Counted from the first letter of the stretch, positions 27,161-37,565 are shown. The stretch: 64,000 bases of DNA from a bacterium (GCA_020853235.1 JADYZG010000028.1:1881-65880), one strand, 5' to 3'. The notes: generated from the sequence alone by a model not told the origin. Numbers and translations: made by a program.

Positions 27161-27928
27161 TTATTTCGTTGGATCTTTACTAAAGAGTCGCTGTATCAAG
27201 CTGATACTTTTCATGAATCCGTACTGTCTGCTACTCGCCGAGACAAGGGTGTTTTTATCGTTATAACCCGTAAGCGCTGTACTAATCCATTCTTGTCTTT
27301 TTGTATTTAACATTGAAGCTTTAATCTCTGAGACAATTTGTTCTTTGACATCTGCCAACTTTTTACCCTTGAAGAGCTCTTTGTTTTCAGTAAAATAGTC
27401 GTTAATTTCTTTCTCTGTTGGTTCTGTAAGTGTTCCTTCGAGAAGCTTGTCGAGTGTTACTGTAACGCGAACATAGGCTCGATAATCGTTCGCAGTAATT
27501 CCATTTTGTGCTAATGCAGCTTCGAAGTCCGCATCAGTAGAAATGCCTGCGCGGGTTTTGTCTGCATTTATTGCTGTATTTACTTCATCGTCACTGACTG
27601 TAATTCCCTTATCTTTTGCTGCTTGTGCAATTGCTGCTTTTGCAAGCATTTCGTTAACAACCTGCTCTCCGTATTGTCTTTCGAGCTCTTTTATGTATGC
27701 AGCTCTAGGGACATCGGCATTTTTATAGAATGCGACATATTGCGAAGTAATTGAAGTCTGAATTAGCCAATCAACAGCAGGAATAAGTATCAGCGCTACA
27801 ACAATTCCAACAGCGACTTTGATGAGTGTTCCTTTTTTGAGGCTGAATTTTGTTGGGAGTTTAAATCTCTTCGAAGTTTCCTCCACTACTGGTGTAGAAA
27901 TTGCTTCGGTAACTTTCTTCTCTTTCAT
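27161..27928 (-). CDS. SurA N-terminal-domain / PpiD-like membrane-anchored chaperone without a recognisable PPIase domain
   Basis: 255 aa with one TM (VAVGIVVALILIPAV), followed by a helical chaperone-like region. A TGTTATAAT element on the minus strand sits at 27960-27968. Confidence 0.55.
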   Translation of the reverse strand: MKEKKVTEAISTPVVEETSKRFKLPTKFSLKKGTLIKVAVGIVVALILIPAVDWLIQTSITSQYVAFYKNADVPRAAYIKELERQYGEQVVNEMLAKAAIAQAAKDKGITVSDDEVNTAINADKTRAGISTDADFEAALAQNGITANDYRAYVRVTVTLDKLLEGTLTEPTEKEINDYFTENKELFKGKKLADVKEQIVSEIKASMLNTKRQEWISTALTGYNDKNTLVSASSRQYGFMKSISLIQRLFSKDPTK

Positions 27929-28008
27929 AATATCGTAACGTTTTTATGTTAATACGCTAATTATAACAGATAGATTTCAGCTGACTAGTTGGATATATTA
28001 CTTTTGTA

Positions 28009-29382
28009 CTATAAAACTTGTTTTTTGGAATCTAGTCCATCAAGATGCCAGTAGATACTTAAAAGTCTTTTTCCGTTGTATACATTACCGTGGTTAACCA
28101 AGGCATATCGCCCACCCATACTATCGACCCCATAATATACTCTGCCAGGTAGAGCCGCATATATTGGTGAACGCCAACCGTTGAGAGAAAACACCTGACC
28201 AGGAACTTGCCCATTGCAGGCACGAGAGAGTATCTTGTATTTCTTACTGCTATTTTGGTTGCCTGCCGTAGTAGAAACCATATCAACCGATTGCCAGTCG
28301 TGGAAACCTTGTGTCATGAGTGCACCTGCAAGCGGGGCTTTTGCCCGACCATCTGATATACGCAATCCTGATAAATTAAGCAAACCAGAAGTAAAAGGAT
28401 TCACATTCGTATAGTAACTTGAGCCTGTACCTGATATAAACCCAAAATGAAGGTGTGCGCCAAAAGTACATCCAGTGAAACCTTCAAGTCCGATAACGGT
28501 ACCTCTTTCGACTGGTGTACCGTCCCCTAATTTATTCGCTTCAAACAGCTGGATCGCTACAGAAAGCGCTTGTCTTTCTGCAATGTTTTGTTGAGCTATA
28601 AGTTTCGATTTTTCTGCTGCAAGTTGTTTCTCCTGTTGTGCAAGTGTGTTGAGTAATCCTTGTTGTTTGTTTCTTTGTTCGGCAAGTGTTGTTCTGAGCT
28701 TGATTATCTCGAGATTTGCTGCTTCTATAATGTCTCGCTTTTGAATGATTTCCACTTGTGCAATACCAAGTACTTTTTCCTCTGAAGATAGCTGCGATTG
28801 TAAGTTGGTAAATTGTGCCAAGCGCGTCTTTTCTTGTTGAGACACGTAGTCGAAGTAACGGAGCATTTCTAATGTAGATATAAGATCATTTTGCGCAAGT
28901 AAATACCAGACAGGGACACTGTTTACTTTGTAAGCGAGCATGGCAACATCATTCACTTTCTGAACCGAAGTGTGTGTCTCTTGTTTTAGCGTGTCAATTC
29001 TGTTCTTTGTTTCAGCTATATCCTCTCCTATATTAGAGATTTCTATGCTCGCAATTTCTAGTCCAATCTGTTTTTGCTCAAGTTCGTTCTCATTAGCGGT
29101 AATCTGTGCATTAATCTCGTCAATTTGCGATTGAATATCACCTTCTTGCGCTCGAACATTTCGTAGCGTACTCTCTATTTTTTTTCGTTCATTCTTAAGA
29201 TCATTACTTTTTTTGACAAGGTAGTCGTAACACTGGCTATTTGAGTACCCATCAGGACATCCATTTGCCGCAAAGACGGGTACTGCTCTAATTGCAGATG
29301 TGTTGACAGCTAGTACAATCACCGAAAAAAAACCGAGAATAATCTTTGTAGTTGCACGAATTTTCATAGGTAATATTTGCAT
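28009..29382 (-). CDS. coiled-coil M23 family metallopeptidase (EnvC/PcsB-like FtsEX partner)
   Basis: Signal/anchor, then about 250 aa of heptad-rich coiled coil, then M23 motifs (GFTGCTFGAHLHFGF, FHDWQSVD, PIYAALPGRV, GGRYALVNHG, SIYWHL). It lies immediately downstream of ftsEX. Confidence 0.8.
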   Translation of the reverse strand: MQILPMKIRATTKIILGFFSVIVLAVNTSAIRAVPVFAANGCPDGYSNSQCYDYLVKKSNDLKNERKKIESTLRNVRAQEGDIQSQIDEINAQITANENELEQKQIGLEIASIEISNIGEDIAETKNRIDTLKQETHTSVQKVNDVAMLAYKVNSVPVWYLLAQNDLISTLEMLRYFDYVSQQEKTRLAQFTNLQSQLSSEEKVLGIAQVEIIQKRDIIEAANLEIIKLRTTLAEQRNKQQGLLNTLAQQEKQLAAEKSKLIAQQNIAERQALSVAIQLFEANKLGDGTPVERGTVIGLEGFTGCTFGAHLHFGFISGTGSSYYTNVNPFTSGLLNLSGLRISDGRAKAPLAGALMTQGFHDWQSVDMVSTTAGNQNSSKKYKILSRACNGQVPGQVFSLNGWRSPIYAALPGRVYYGVDSMGGRYALVNHGNVYNGKRLLSIYWHLDGLDSKKQVL

Positions 29383-29391
29383 TTTGCCGTG

Positions 29392-30309
29392 TTATTTTAT
29401 GTACCGTTTCGTTGCTAAATATGCACAACCATAGCCGATTATTGCACCCATACCGACTTCGATAAGACCGAATACAACGAATAATAAAGACGGATAGAAC
29501 AATGCCTGGAGTCCAACACTCGAAACCATATCGTGGATAAATTTGAAAAGTATGTTGTCTTTAAGGACTATGTTCGCACCTATCCATAACAATAGGATCG
29601 ATATATAAGAAATCGAAGAAGCAACGACACCGTAAACCATACCTTGCATGACAAAAGGCATTGCGATTACACGTGGTTCTGCCCCAACGAGATCCATAAT
29701 TTCAATTTCTTGTGAGAATCGATTAATAGTGAATCCAATGGTTAAGTAGACTAATACAATTGAAATTATAAAGAGGAAGGTTGTAATAGCAATACTGCTG
29801 ACCGTAACTGTATTGCTAAATTGTCTAATCTTTTCAACTATATCTTGAAAAAAGACTCGATCAATAATCAATGCTCCTTTGTTTTTTTCATCATCGACCA
29901 TCTTCACAAACGGTTGATATGCAACGTTTGGTTTGAGTTGAACACGAATAATGCGGATTTGATTTGCATCAAACGTATACTGCCCCTGTTGTTCAGGCGA
30001 GATTCCAATACTGGTGAGATATTGCTTCTGTATGTCGGCAGACGTAGAATAGGTCACTTTCAACACTCCTTCTTGTTGTTCTAGATATGATTTGAAGGTG
30101 ATGATGTTTTCTTCTTTTTCTTTTGGGTCATAAAATACTGAAAGAGTTGGTTGACTTTGTAAATAGATGACAGATTTTGTTGCAAATTGATTGATGACAA
30201 AAAAAAGCGTTCCGAGGGAGAAGGTTACAGTAATAATAACAATGCTCGCCAAGGAAAGGCCAGGGTTTCTGCGTATATATTTCCAGGTTGTTGCCCAAAC
30301 TAAGTTCAT
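29392..30309 (-). CDS. ftsX: cell division permease-like protein FtsX
   Basis: 305 aa with TM1, a large extracytoplasmic loop and three C-terminal TMs. It follows ftsE. Confidence 0.85.
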   Translation of the reverse strand: MNLVWATTWKYIRRNPGLSLASIVIITVTFSLGTLFFVINQFATKSVIYLQSQPTLSVFYDPKEKEENIITFKSYLEQQEGVLKVTYSTSADIQKQYLTSIGISPEQQGQYTFDANQIRIIRVQLKPNVAYQPFVKMVDDEKNKGALIIDRVFFQDIVEKIRQFSNTVTVSSIAITTFLFIISIVLVYLTIGFTINRFSQEIEIMDLVGAEPRVIAMPFVMQGMVYGVVASSISYISILLLWIGANIVLKDNILFKFIHDMVSSVGLQALFYPSLLFVVFGLIEVGMGAIIGYGCAYLATKRYIK

Positions 30310-30311
30310 AA

Positions 30312-31190
30312 TTATGAAATTTTCTTTAGGTTATCTGCTAACTGTGTAATCTCTTCGTCGGTAAATTTGAGTTCTTCTTTGAGGAAGCTCGGCGTTAAGT
30401 TTAATAAATCTTCTTTCTCATCAGGGTTAAGTGGCGCAAGTTTCTCAACAACTGAAGCAGGCATGACGGAGAGGAGTTTTGTTTTAAAGGCTTTTGCTGA
30501 CTTAGGTGCGATACCACTTTGATTGCCATGAACAAGTTCGCCACCTTCCAAATGCCAATGAGTGTGCGTGTCGTGACGTTTTAACAAATCGAGATTGTGT
30601 GTTGTCATAATAATACTTGTTCCAGCTTTATTGATTTTGTTTAAAAGTTCCATAATTTTATCGCTATTATCTTGGTCTAGGTCACCGGTGGGTTCGTCAG
30701 CGATTAATAATTTTGGATTATTCGCGATCGCTCTTGCGATAACAACTCGGCGTTTTTCTCCTCCTGACAGTTGCTTTGGGAAGAGACTCTTTTTGTCAGA
30801 AAGTCCTACATAGTCGAGGAGGGACTCAACTGTCTTTTGGATATCTTTAGGTGAACGGTTTAGAATCTCGAGGACGAATGCGACATTTTCATAAACATTC
30901 TTATGCTCAAGAAGTTTATAATCTTGAAAAACAACGCCGATTGCCCTTCTATATGGCGGAATAAGTTTTCTAGGTAATTCGTTAATGGGGACTGTTTCAA
31001 AAACGATACTTCCTTTGGTTGGTGATTCTTGTCGAATCAGTAGCTTGATTAATGTCGTTTTCCCTGAACCAGATGGCCCAGTCAAAAAAACGAATTCACC
31101 GCGTTCAAGGCCGAAAGAAACATTTTTTAAAACGGGAATAACGGTATTTCCTTGCGTATATAATTTTGACAGTTTTGAAACTCGGAGCAT
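30312..31190 (-). CDS. ftsE: cell division ATP-binding protein FtsE with a roughly 70-aa C-terminal extension
   Basis: Walker A GPSGSGKTT, ABC signature LSGGEKRR, and Walker B LLIADEPTGDLD. Confidence 0.92.
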   Translation of the reverse strand: MLRVSKLSKLYTQGNTVIPVLKNVSFGLERGEFVFLTGPSGSGKTTLIKLLIRQESPTKGSIVFETVPINELPRKLIPPYRRAIGVVFQDYKLLEHKNVYENVAFVLEILNRSPKDIQKTVESLLDYVGLSDKKSLFPKQLSGGEKRRVVIARAIANNPKLLIADEPTGDLDQDNSDKIMELLNKINKAGTSIIMTTHNLDLLKRHDTHTHWHLEGGELVHGNQSGIAPKSAKAFKTKLLSVMPASVVEKLAPLNPDEKEDLLNLTPSFLKEELKFTDEEITQLADNLKKIS

Positions 31191-31246
31191 AAGAAGATTG
31201 TAACATAATTAAAATCTTTCGATACATTGGCTGTATACAAAGTATT

Positions 31247-32170
31247 TTATACTGACAATATTCCCCGCCAGATAAAAGGAAACAGGTCTCCTTTTAAAAC
31301 CTTTTCAACTTGTGATGTTTTATAGCCAATTCTTGAATCCTTCACATAGTTTAATGCGAAATCATAGGTGCGAATTACTGATTCAAGAGAAGTGGCTTTG
31401 TAACTTGCTAACTCTTTCTGTTGTCTTTCTTCTTCTTTTTTCAGTAACGCTGCCTTGAGCATGATTAACGCATTTTGCTTGTTCTGTAATTGACTACGGG
31501 TTTGACTACTTTTAATAGTAATTCCAGTTGGAATATGTTTGATGATGACCGCTGTTTCTACTTTATTCACATTTTGTCCACCTGGGCCACTTGACCGCCC
31601 AGTTTTAATTTCTAAATCACTTACTTTGATAACTGTTGCGTCTTTCGAACCTGCTGTAGGATAAATTTGTACTAAGCAATTTGAAGTTTGTAGCTTCCCT
31701 TTTGTGTTGAAAGGAGACTTTCGTTCCAATCTATGTGATCCTTCCTCCATCTTCAGAGCAAGGTAAGAAAATGAATCTAATAATTCGATACTTGCGTGGG
31801 TAATTCCTGCGGATTGATCTGGTTCATATTCTAGTAGTTCATATGTCGTCCCCAGTTTCTTGAAGTATTCTAGGTACGCCGTTGTTAATATACTCGTCCA
31901 ATCTTGGGCATCTAAACCACCTTGACCGACGCGAATGTCGAGAATACATCCACGTGATGCAAAGGAATCTGCGGAGTTTTGTAAAATATCTGGAAGAACC
32001 TGCTTAGTTTCTGCGAGTACTTCAGGAACTAATGTTCCATCCTGTTTCGCCATGTTCCATAATTCTTGCAAAGACTTTCCTGCTTGGCTTTCCCAAACTT
32101 CACTTGAATACTCAAAAATATCGGGTAATTCTTTCTCACTAAGTTGTGTAAATATGTTGTGCAATATCAT
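31247..32170 (-). CDS. prfB: peptide chain release factor 2 (N-terminally short, no frameshift site)
   Basis: SPF tripeptide (RKSPFNTKG) and GGQ motif ([15 protein letters not shown]). At 307 aa it is shorter than the usual roughly 365 aa. Confidence 0.9.
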   Translation of the reverse strand: MILHNIFTQLSEKELPDIFEYSSEVWESQAGKSLQELWNMAKQDGTLVPEVLAETKQVLPDILQNSADSFASRGCILDIRVGQGGLDAQDWTSILTTAYLEYFKKLGTTYELLEYEPDQSAGITHASIELLDSFSYLALKMEEGSHRLERKSPFNTKGKLQTSNCLVQIYPTAGSKDATVIKVSDLEIKTGRSSGPGGQNVNKVETAVIIKHIPTGITIKSSQTRSQLQNKQNALIMLKAALLKKEEERQQKELASYKATSLESVIRTYDFALNYVKDSRIGYKTSQVEKVLKGDLFPFIWRGILSV

Positions 32171-32193
32171 AGGTAGAGTATAATGGTTTCTGT

Positions 32194-33780
32194 ATGAAGC
32201 CCGTACTACTAATTATAATGGATGGACTCGGAGTTGGCAAAGACTATGCTGGTAACGCTGTTCTTCATGCTAAAACTCCGACTCTCGACAGATTGTGGAC
32301 ACGTGCTGATAGAAAGCTTCTTCTTGGTGCTTCGGGTCCTGATGTTGGCCTTCCTGCCGGCGTTCCCGGTAATAGTGAAGTAGGGCATTTGAACTTAGGA
32401 GCAGGTACCGTTGTGTATCAGATGATTTCAACAATTAATGATTCGATTGTTGACGGGTCATTTTTTACTAGCGAAGTTCTTCTTAGAATGGCAAGAGATG
32501 TTACGCAAAATCGTCGCAGTCTTCATATTATAGGACTGCTCACTGCGTCTGGTGTTCATGCAGATGTTCGCCACCTATTTGCCTTGATGGAGTTTTGTAA
32601 AAAAAATGCAATTGATCCTGTTTTCCATATCTTTACTGATGGTCGTGATACGCCACGTTTCGAAGCACGATTTTATCTCAAGAAACTTCGAGAAAAGATG
32701 TCTCAACTTGGGATGAAGCGAATTGGGAGTGTTATCGGTCGGTTCTATGCGATGGATAGAAATAATGCCTGGGATCGTATTAAACTTGCGTATGATGCAT
32801 TAATTGGGAAAGACGGACTCAAGGAAACTGAGCCAGAGGCTGCATTAGAGCATGCCTATGCACGACAAGAGGATGATGAGACGGTCACACCGACCATCAT
32901 TGTTGACAGTAACGGAATCCCAATAGCACCAATTACGCAAAATGATTCCGTACTTTTCTTTAATTTCCGTGAGGATCGTGCCAGACAAATAACAAAAGCT
33001 TTTGTCCTTCCAAATGAAAAATTCACTGAATTCGAAAGACCATTTGTTATGGAACGTTTTTTAACTATGTCAGGATACGAAGAGGGCCTTCCTGTAGATG
33101 TTCTATTCGAATCGAAGGAAGATTATGAACCTATTTCTGATACACTTTCAAATGCCGGCAAGAGGCAATTTCACATTGCGGAAACGGAGAAATATGCTCA
33201 TGTAACCTATTTTTTTAATGGTGGGCGAGAGGCGACTACAATAGGAGAAGAGTTTCATATCATTCAATCGCCAAAAGTAAAAGATTATTCAACAGTTCCG
33301 GAAATGTCTGCATACCAAGTAACAGACGTGCTTCTTGAACGGATGAGTAAGCGACAAGATGATTTCTATCTGTTAAATCTCGCAAACCCTGACATGGTTG
33401 GACATAGTGGAAAAATTATGCAAACTGCCCGTGCAGTTGAAGTTACCGATAGGTGTATTTACTTTTTAGTAAAACAGATGCTGGAGCAAGGTGGTCGTAT
33501 TTTACTAACCGCAGATCATGGTAATGCGGAACAGAAAATTAACCCGGTAACAGGTGAACCAGATAAAAACCACACACTGAATCTGGTCCCGTTCATGTAC
33601 ATCGAGAATCCAGATATTTTTGCTGATGGAAAGTGGAATGATTCAGTGAATATGAAACGTCTTGCTTATGATGCCAACGGAATGGATAAAAACGGGATAT
33701 TATCTGACATTCCTGCGACGGTACTTTCGTTACTCGATGTTAAAGGTGCCCAAAGTATGACAGGACAAACATTGGTATGA
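32194..33780 (+). CDS. gpmI: 2,3-bisphosphoglycerate-independent phosphoglycerate mutase
   Basis: N-terminus [10 protein letters not shown], then [19 protein letters not shown] and ADHGNAE motifs. Confidence 0.93.
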   Translation: MKPVLLIIMDGLGVGKDYAGNAVLHAKTPTLDRLWTRADRKLLLGASGPDVGLPAGVPGNSEVGHLNLGAGTVVYQMISTINDSIVDGSFFTSEVLLRMARDVTQNRRSLHIIGLLTASGVHADVRHLFALMEFCKKNAIDPVFHIFTDGRDTPRFEARFYLKKLREKMSQLGMKRIGSVIGRFYAMDRNNAWDRIKLAYDALIGKDGLKETEPEAALEHAYARQEDDETVTPTIIVDSNGIPIAPITQNDSVLFFNFREDRARQITKAFVLPNEKFTEFERPFVMERFLTMSGYEEGLPVDVLFESKEDYEPISDTLSNAGKRQFHIAETEKYAHVTYFFNGGREATTIGEEFHIIQSPKVKDYSTVPEMSAYQVTDVLLERMSKRQDDFYLLNLANPDMVGHSGKIMQTARAVEVTDRCIYFLVKQMLEQGGRILLTADHGNAEQKINPVTGEPDKNHTLNLVPFMYIENPDIFADGKWNDSVNMKRLAYDANGMDKNGILSDIPATVLSLLDVKGAQSMTGQTLV

Positions 33781-33977
33781 TTGGCTAATAAAGGGTGTCA
33801 GGTAAAGAGAATCCGTATAGATTACATATGGGAACCTCAAATCAGAATTGACGAAAACACTTTTTTGATTGTATGTAGCCGTATTCCTAATAGGGTGGTT
33901 TGTGTTACTCATTGATATGTATACTGGTAATTGGGAGGATTCACTTTATTTCGCAGAAAGGTGTTACAATGATTTCG

Positions 33978-35222
33978 ATGGACAGAATGTTCCCGTTTTT
34001 GAAAAAATACTGGCCGCCAATTATGTTGGTTTCAATTGCCATTACTACAAAACTTATCGGTTTTCTTCGTAATGCGTTTATTGCATATTATTTTGGGACA
34101 TCTGCTGCATCCGATTCGCTTGGAATTTTACTCTTTCCAACCGATTTCGTGACTGCATACTTGATAAACCAAACGATCATCACTGCATTAACCATTTACT
34201 TTTCACGTGATCAATCAGAGAAACGTGAAATATTCTTGCGAACATTTCACTTCTACCGTGTTATTTTAATTATCACTTCTGTTGCACTCGCAGTAATTAT
34301 GGTGTTTTTTTACCCGCATCTTCCTTGGCAATATACAGTCTTGGCATCTCTTCCCGGTATTTTTTATGGCATGGCGGGGATTATTCAGAGTTATTTGAAT
34401 TACAACCGTATTTTCTTATGGCCGGCAGCTCAAGAGTTAGTTGCCAACTCTGTGTTGCTTCTTGGAATTGTCATTGCCGCAAAATTTGGGATATATTTGT
34501 ATATCGTAGTCATGATGATTACGGGGATGCTCCGCATTCTTGTTATGATTCCTGACCTACGAAGGTTATTGAGGGGGAAGCCTTGGGTTCGAGAGTTGTT
34601 TGGCATTCAGAAAGTACATTTTGAAAAAAAATTGTTATTCTATATTGGACCGATTCTGTTTACGTTTATATTATCTGGGACACCTGGTTTTTTAATTTTG
34701 AACAAGCTTCACGCCTCAGGTGAAGGCTACATTGCCGCATATAATTACTCGAACAAACTTATCGGATTGTTTAATCCAATTTTTGTTATTCCCTTGACGA
34801 CATACTTAATTCCGACGATGCAGAAATGGCTTGAGGAGAATAAATCAGTATCAAAAATAAATCTTGCAGCGTTTATACTCCTTGGTGGTGGCTCATTTGC
34901 GTTTTCCTTGGGATTGGTATTTTGGCCCGAATTATTGATTAATGCTATTTACGCCCGAGGAAGCTTCGACCATCAGGCCTTGTGGTTGACAAGTAGATTT
35001 TTAAAGTATCAAGCTTTTGCAGTCGTCGGGTATGCCTTGATGTATTACTTGTTACAACTAACCCTATTGCGAAATAAAGCGAAACGACTGATGGCGTCAT
35101 ATATTGTAGGAACTCTCGTCATTATTGCTTTATTATATTTGTTACCATTTGCCCCATATATGACCGTTGGCTTTTCCTTAACAATAGGAGTTTTAACCAG
35201 TATTATTATTCTGATTTTGTAA
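33978..35222 (+). CDS. murJ: MurJ/MviN-like lipid II flippase (MOP superfamily)
   Basis: Multi-TM protein with a MurJ-like N-terminus (KLIGFLRNAFIAYYFGTSAASDSL...FPTDF). The ORF track starts at 33900. TACAAT at 33965-33970 favours the ATG at 33978, with the ATG at 33969 as an alternative. Confidence 0.65.
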   Translation: MDRMFPFLKKYWPPIMLVSIAITTKLIGFLRNAFIAYYFGTSAASDSLGILLFPTDFVTAYLINQTIITALTIYFSRDQSEKREIFLRTFHFYRVILIITSVALAVIMVFFYPHLPWQYTVLASLPGIFYGMAGIIQSYLNYNRIFLWPAAQELVANSVLLLGIVIAAKFGIYLYIVVMMITGMLRILVMIPDLRRLLRGKPWVRELFGIQKVHFEKKLLFYIGPILFTFILSGTPGFLILNKLHASGEGYIAAYNYSNKLIGLFNPIFVIPLTTYLIPTMQKWLEENKSVSKINLAAFILLGGGSFAFSLGLVFWPELLINAIYARGSFDHQALWLTSRFLKYQAFAVVGYALMYYLLQLTLLRNKAKRLMASYIVGTLVIIALLYLLPFAPYMTVGFSLTIGVLTSIIILIL

Positions 35223-35818
35223 TGAATGGTGGTATTGTCGAGGATGATGAAAAGCTTAGGGAAGCGATTTCTGTGTATCTTGCAAATAGGGGGATTGTTG
35301 TTTCTCAATATACTGGCTACCAGGATATTGTGAAAAATTACAAAAAGGAAACGCAAATACTTATTATTGATATAAAACTTGGTGATGGAGATGGCCTCAA
35401 TCTCTTAAGCTGGCTAAAGGAGAAAGATATAGCAGTAAAGACAGTCGTGATAACTGGTTATGATTCTTTACCAAAACGATTAGAGAGTTTTACCGAAGGT
35501 GCAGATGATTATATGAGAAAGCCAGTATTTCCATCAGAACTATACTTACGTTTACAACGTTTATGTAAAAGTGAAGTCGTTGAAAATTTTCAAATAGATC
35601 TTGCTAAATTTACGAAACAAGAAGAATCGCTATTAAGGCTTTTGCTATTAGCCAAAGGTAGTTTTGTTGGTAAAGAATATCTTATTGAGCAACTCAAAAT
35701 TACTCCAATATCTTTGTATACATTAATTTCTCGGGTAAAGAGCAAGTCGAGAAACGGTTATATAATAAAGTCAGGGTATGGGAGAGGTTGGTCAATTACT
35801 GTGTTGCGGTCAAATTGA
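35222..35818 (+). CDS. OmpR/PhoB-type response regulator (no adjacent histidine kinase)
   Basis: Receiver-domain features are present (VEDDEKL, IIDIKLGDGDG, YMRKP) with a C-terminal winged-helix (LISRVKSK...GYGRGWSI). Confidence 0.8.
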   Translation: MNGGIVEDDEKLREAISVYLANRGIVVSQYTGYQDIVKNYKKETQILIIDIKLGDGDGLNLLSWLKEKDIAVKTVVITGYDSLPKRLESFTEGADDYMRKPVFPSELYLRLQRLCKSEVVENFQIDLAKFTKQEESLLRLLLLAKGSFVGKEYLIEQLKITPISLYTLISRVKSKSRNGYIIKSGYGRGWSITVLRSN

Positions 35819-35833
35819 ATGCTATAATTCCTT

Positions 35834-36121
35834 ATGCAAATTCATGTTACTGACCAAGACACAAAAAAGATTGCCGAACTTATTAGAATTCATATTGAAG
35901 ATGATAAAATTGGTGACTATACCTCTCAATTAAATACTGCTCTGGATGCAACTGAAGTTCTGAAAGAACTAAATACCGAAAACATTACTGAGACTTCTCA
36001 GACTCATGGTTTAACCAATATACTTGCTGAAGACGTGCCACAGCAAGGGCTAGAGATTACCGAATATCCAAACAGAGCAAACCTTGATAAATCATACTTT
36101 GTAGTAGAAAAAGTGCTGTAA
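35834..36121 (+). CDS. gatC: Asp/Glu-tRNA amidotransferase subunit C
   Basis: 95-aa GatC-like protein placed directly before gatA and gatB. Confidence 0.85.
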   Translation: MQIHVTDQDTKKIAELIRIHIEDDKIGDYTSQLNTALDATEVLKELNTENITETSQTHGLTNILAEDVPQQGLEITEYPNRANLDKSYFVVEKVL

Positions 36122-36122
36122 C

Positions 36123-37565
36123 ATGAACACTGAAAAACAGACGATAGAATCGCTTCGAAAAGGGTTTCTAGTTAGAGAATTCTCATCTGTTGAACTGACA
36201 CAAGAATACTTAAAGACAATTGATGCAAAAGAGCCCAAATTAAACGTTTTTGTTTCTCAAACGAGAGAACAAGCAATCGAGGCAGCAGCCGTAGTCGACA
36301 GAAAGATTGTAGAAGGGCAAGGCACCTCTTTAATTGCTGGTATTCCCTCTGTGGTTAAGGATAATTTTAACTGGAAAGGAACACGTACTACTGCTAGTTC
36401 AAAGATTCTTACTGATTACGTGTCGCCTTACAATGCAACAGTAATTCAGCATTTGCTGGATAACGATGCAGTTATTCTTGGTAAATCTAACATGGATGCC
36501 TTTGCGCATGGTTCTTCAACAGAGACGAGTGACTTCGGTGTGACTAGAAACCCGTATGATCTTGCAAGAGTCTCTGGTGGTTCCTCAGGTGGAAGTGCTG
36601 TTGCCGTAGCGGCAAACATGGCAGTTTACGGTATTGGTAGTGAAACGGCTGGATCAGTTCGAGGACCTGCAGCATGGTGTGGTATTTATGGCTTTGTTCC
36701 AACATATGGACGGAATAGTCGATATGGTGTAGTTGCAATGGGATCTTCGCTAGATCGACCAGGTGTTCTTGCCAATAGTGTTATGGATTGTGCAATTGTG
36801 AATGATGCAATCTCCGGCCAGGATTCTTACGATGCAACAACGATTCAAGAACCACATGCAGAATATGCAAAGAACCTTTCAGCAGAACATACAAATTTGA
36901 CAATTGGCATCCCAAGACAATTTCTGGATGACCGAATAGATAAAGAAGTTGCAGAGACAGTAATAACCGCAGTAAAGGAGTATGAGAGACTTGGAATAAA
37001 GGTTGTCGAAATTGATCTCTTGGATCCTAAATACTCAATTGCGGTTTATACTATTGTGATGCGTAGTGAAGTTTCGTCGAATCTTGGGAGGATTGATGGC
37101 ATTCGCTATGGGCACGTCTCAGATAAAAAAGCTGAATCTGTGTTGGATCAGATTGCGTATAATCGCGGAGAAGGATTTGGTAACGAGGCGAAGCAAAGAA
37201 GTATGACAGGTGCCTATACGCTTTCGGCTGGTTATTACGATGCATACTACAAGAAAGCTCAGCGAGTTAGAACGTTAATTATCCAAGATTTTGCGAACGC
37301 ATTTAAGAAGGTCGACTTAATTCTTGGGCCAACGATGCCTACTGTTGCCCCAAAAATCGGTGTTACAGAAAATAACCCATTATTCGGAGAACTAACTGAT
37401 ATGTTAACCGAGCCAAGTGCCCTTGCTGGCTTGCCGTGTATCTCGATTCCGGTTGGTATTGATAGTTCTGGAATGCCTATCGGGATGCAAATTATTGGTC
37501 CACAATTCAAGGAACAAGCCGTATTAAATCTTGCCTACTTATATGAGCAACGAGTTACAAAATAG
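36123..37565 (+). CDS. gatA: Asp/Glu-tRNA amidotransferase subunit A
   Basis: Amidase signature (GGSSGGSAVAVAA, GSETAGSVRGPAA). Confidence 0.95.
   Translation: MNTEKQTIESLRKGFLVREFSSVELTQEYLKTIDAKEPKLNVFVSQTREQAIEAAAVVDRKIVEGQGTSLIAGIPSVVKDNFNWKGTRTTASSKILTDYVSPYNATVIQHLLDNDAVILGKSNMDAFAHGSSTETSDFGVTRNPYDLARVSGGSSGGSAVAVAANMAVYGIGSETAGSVRGPAAWCGIYGFVPTYGRNSRYGVVAMGSSLDRPGVLANSVMDCAIVNDAISGQDSYDATTIQEPHAEYAKNLSAEHTNLTIGIPRQFLDDRIDKEVAETVITAVKEYERLGIKVVEIDLLDPKYSIAVYTIVMRSEVSSNLGRIDGIRYGHVSDKKAESVLDQIAYNRGEGFGNEAKQRSMTGAYTLSAGYYDAYYKKAQRVRTLIIQDFANAFKKVDLILGPTMPTVAPKIGVTENNPLFGELTDMLTEPSALAGLPCISIPVGIDSSGMPIGMQIIGPQFKEQAVLNLAYLYEQRVTK

Noticed and set aside
32171-32193. Search for the prfB programmed +1 frameshift site (CTT TGA) upstream of the RF2 ORF
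   Set aside because: Only 23 nt separate prfB from the divergent gpmI start, and no such motif or short upstream ORF exists. This RF2 is encoded in a single frame.
33869-34072. 67-aa ORF and the long N-terminal extension (from 33900) of the murJ ORF
   Set aside because: The upstream part lacks MurJ similarity. It overlaps a likely promoter (TACAAT at 33965-33970). The conserved MurJ N-terminus begins after the ATG at 33969 or 33978.
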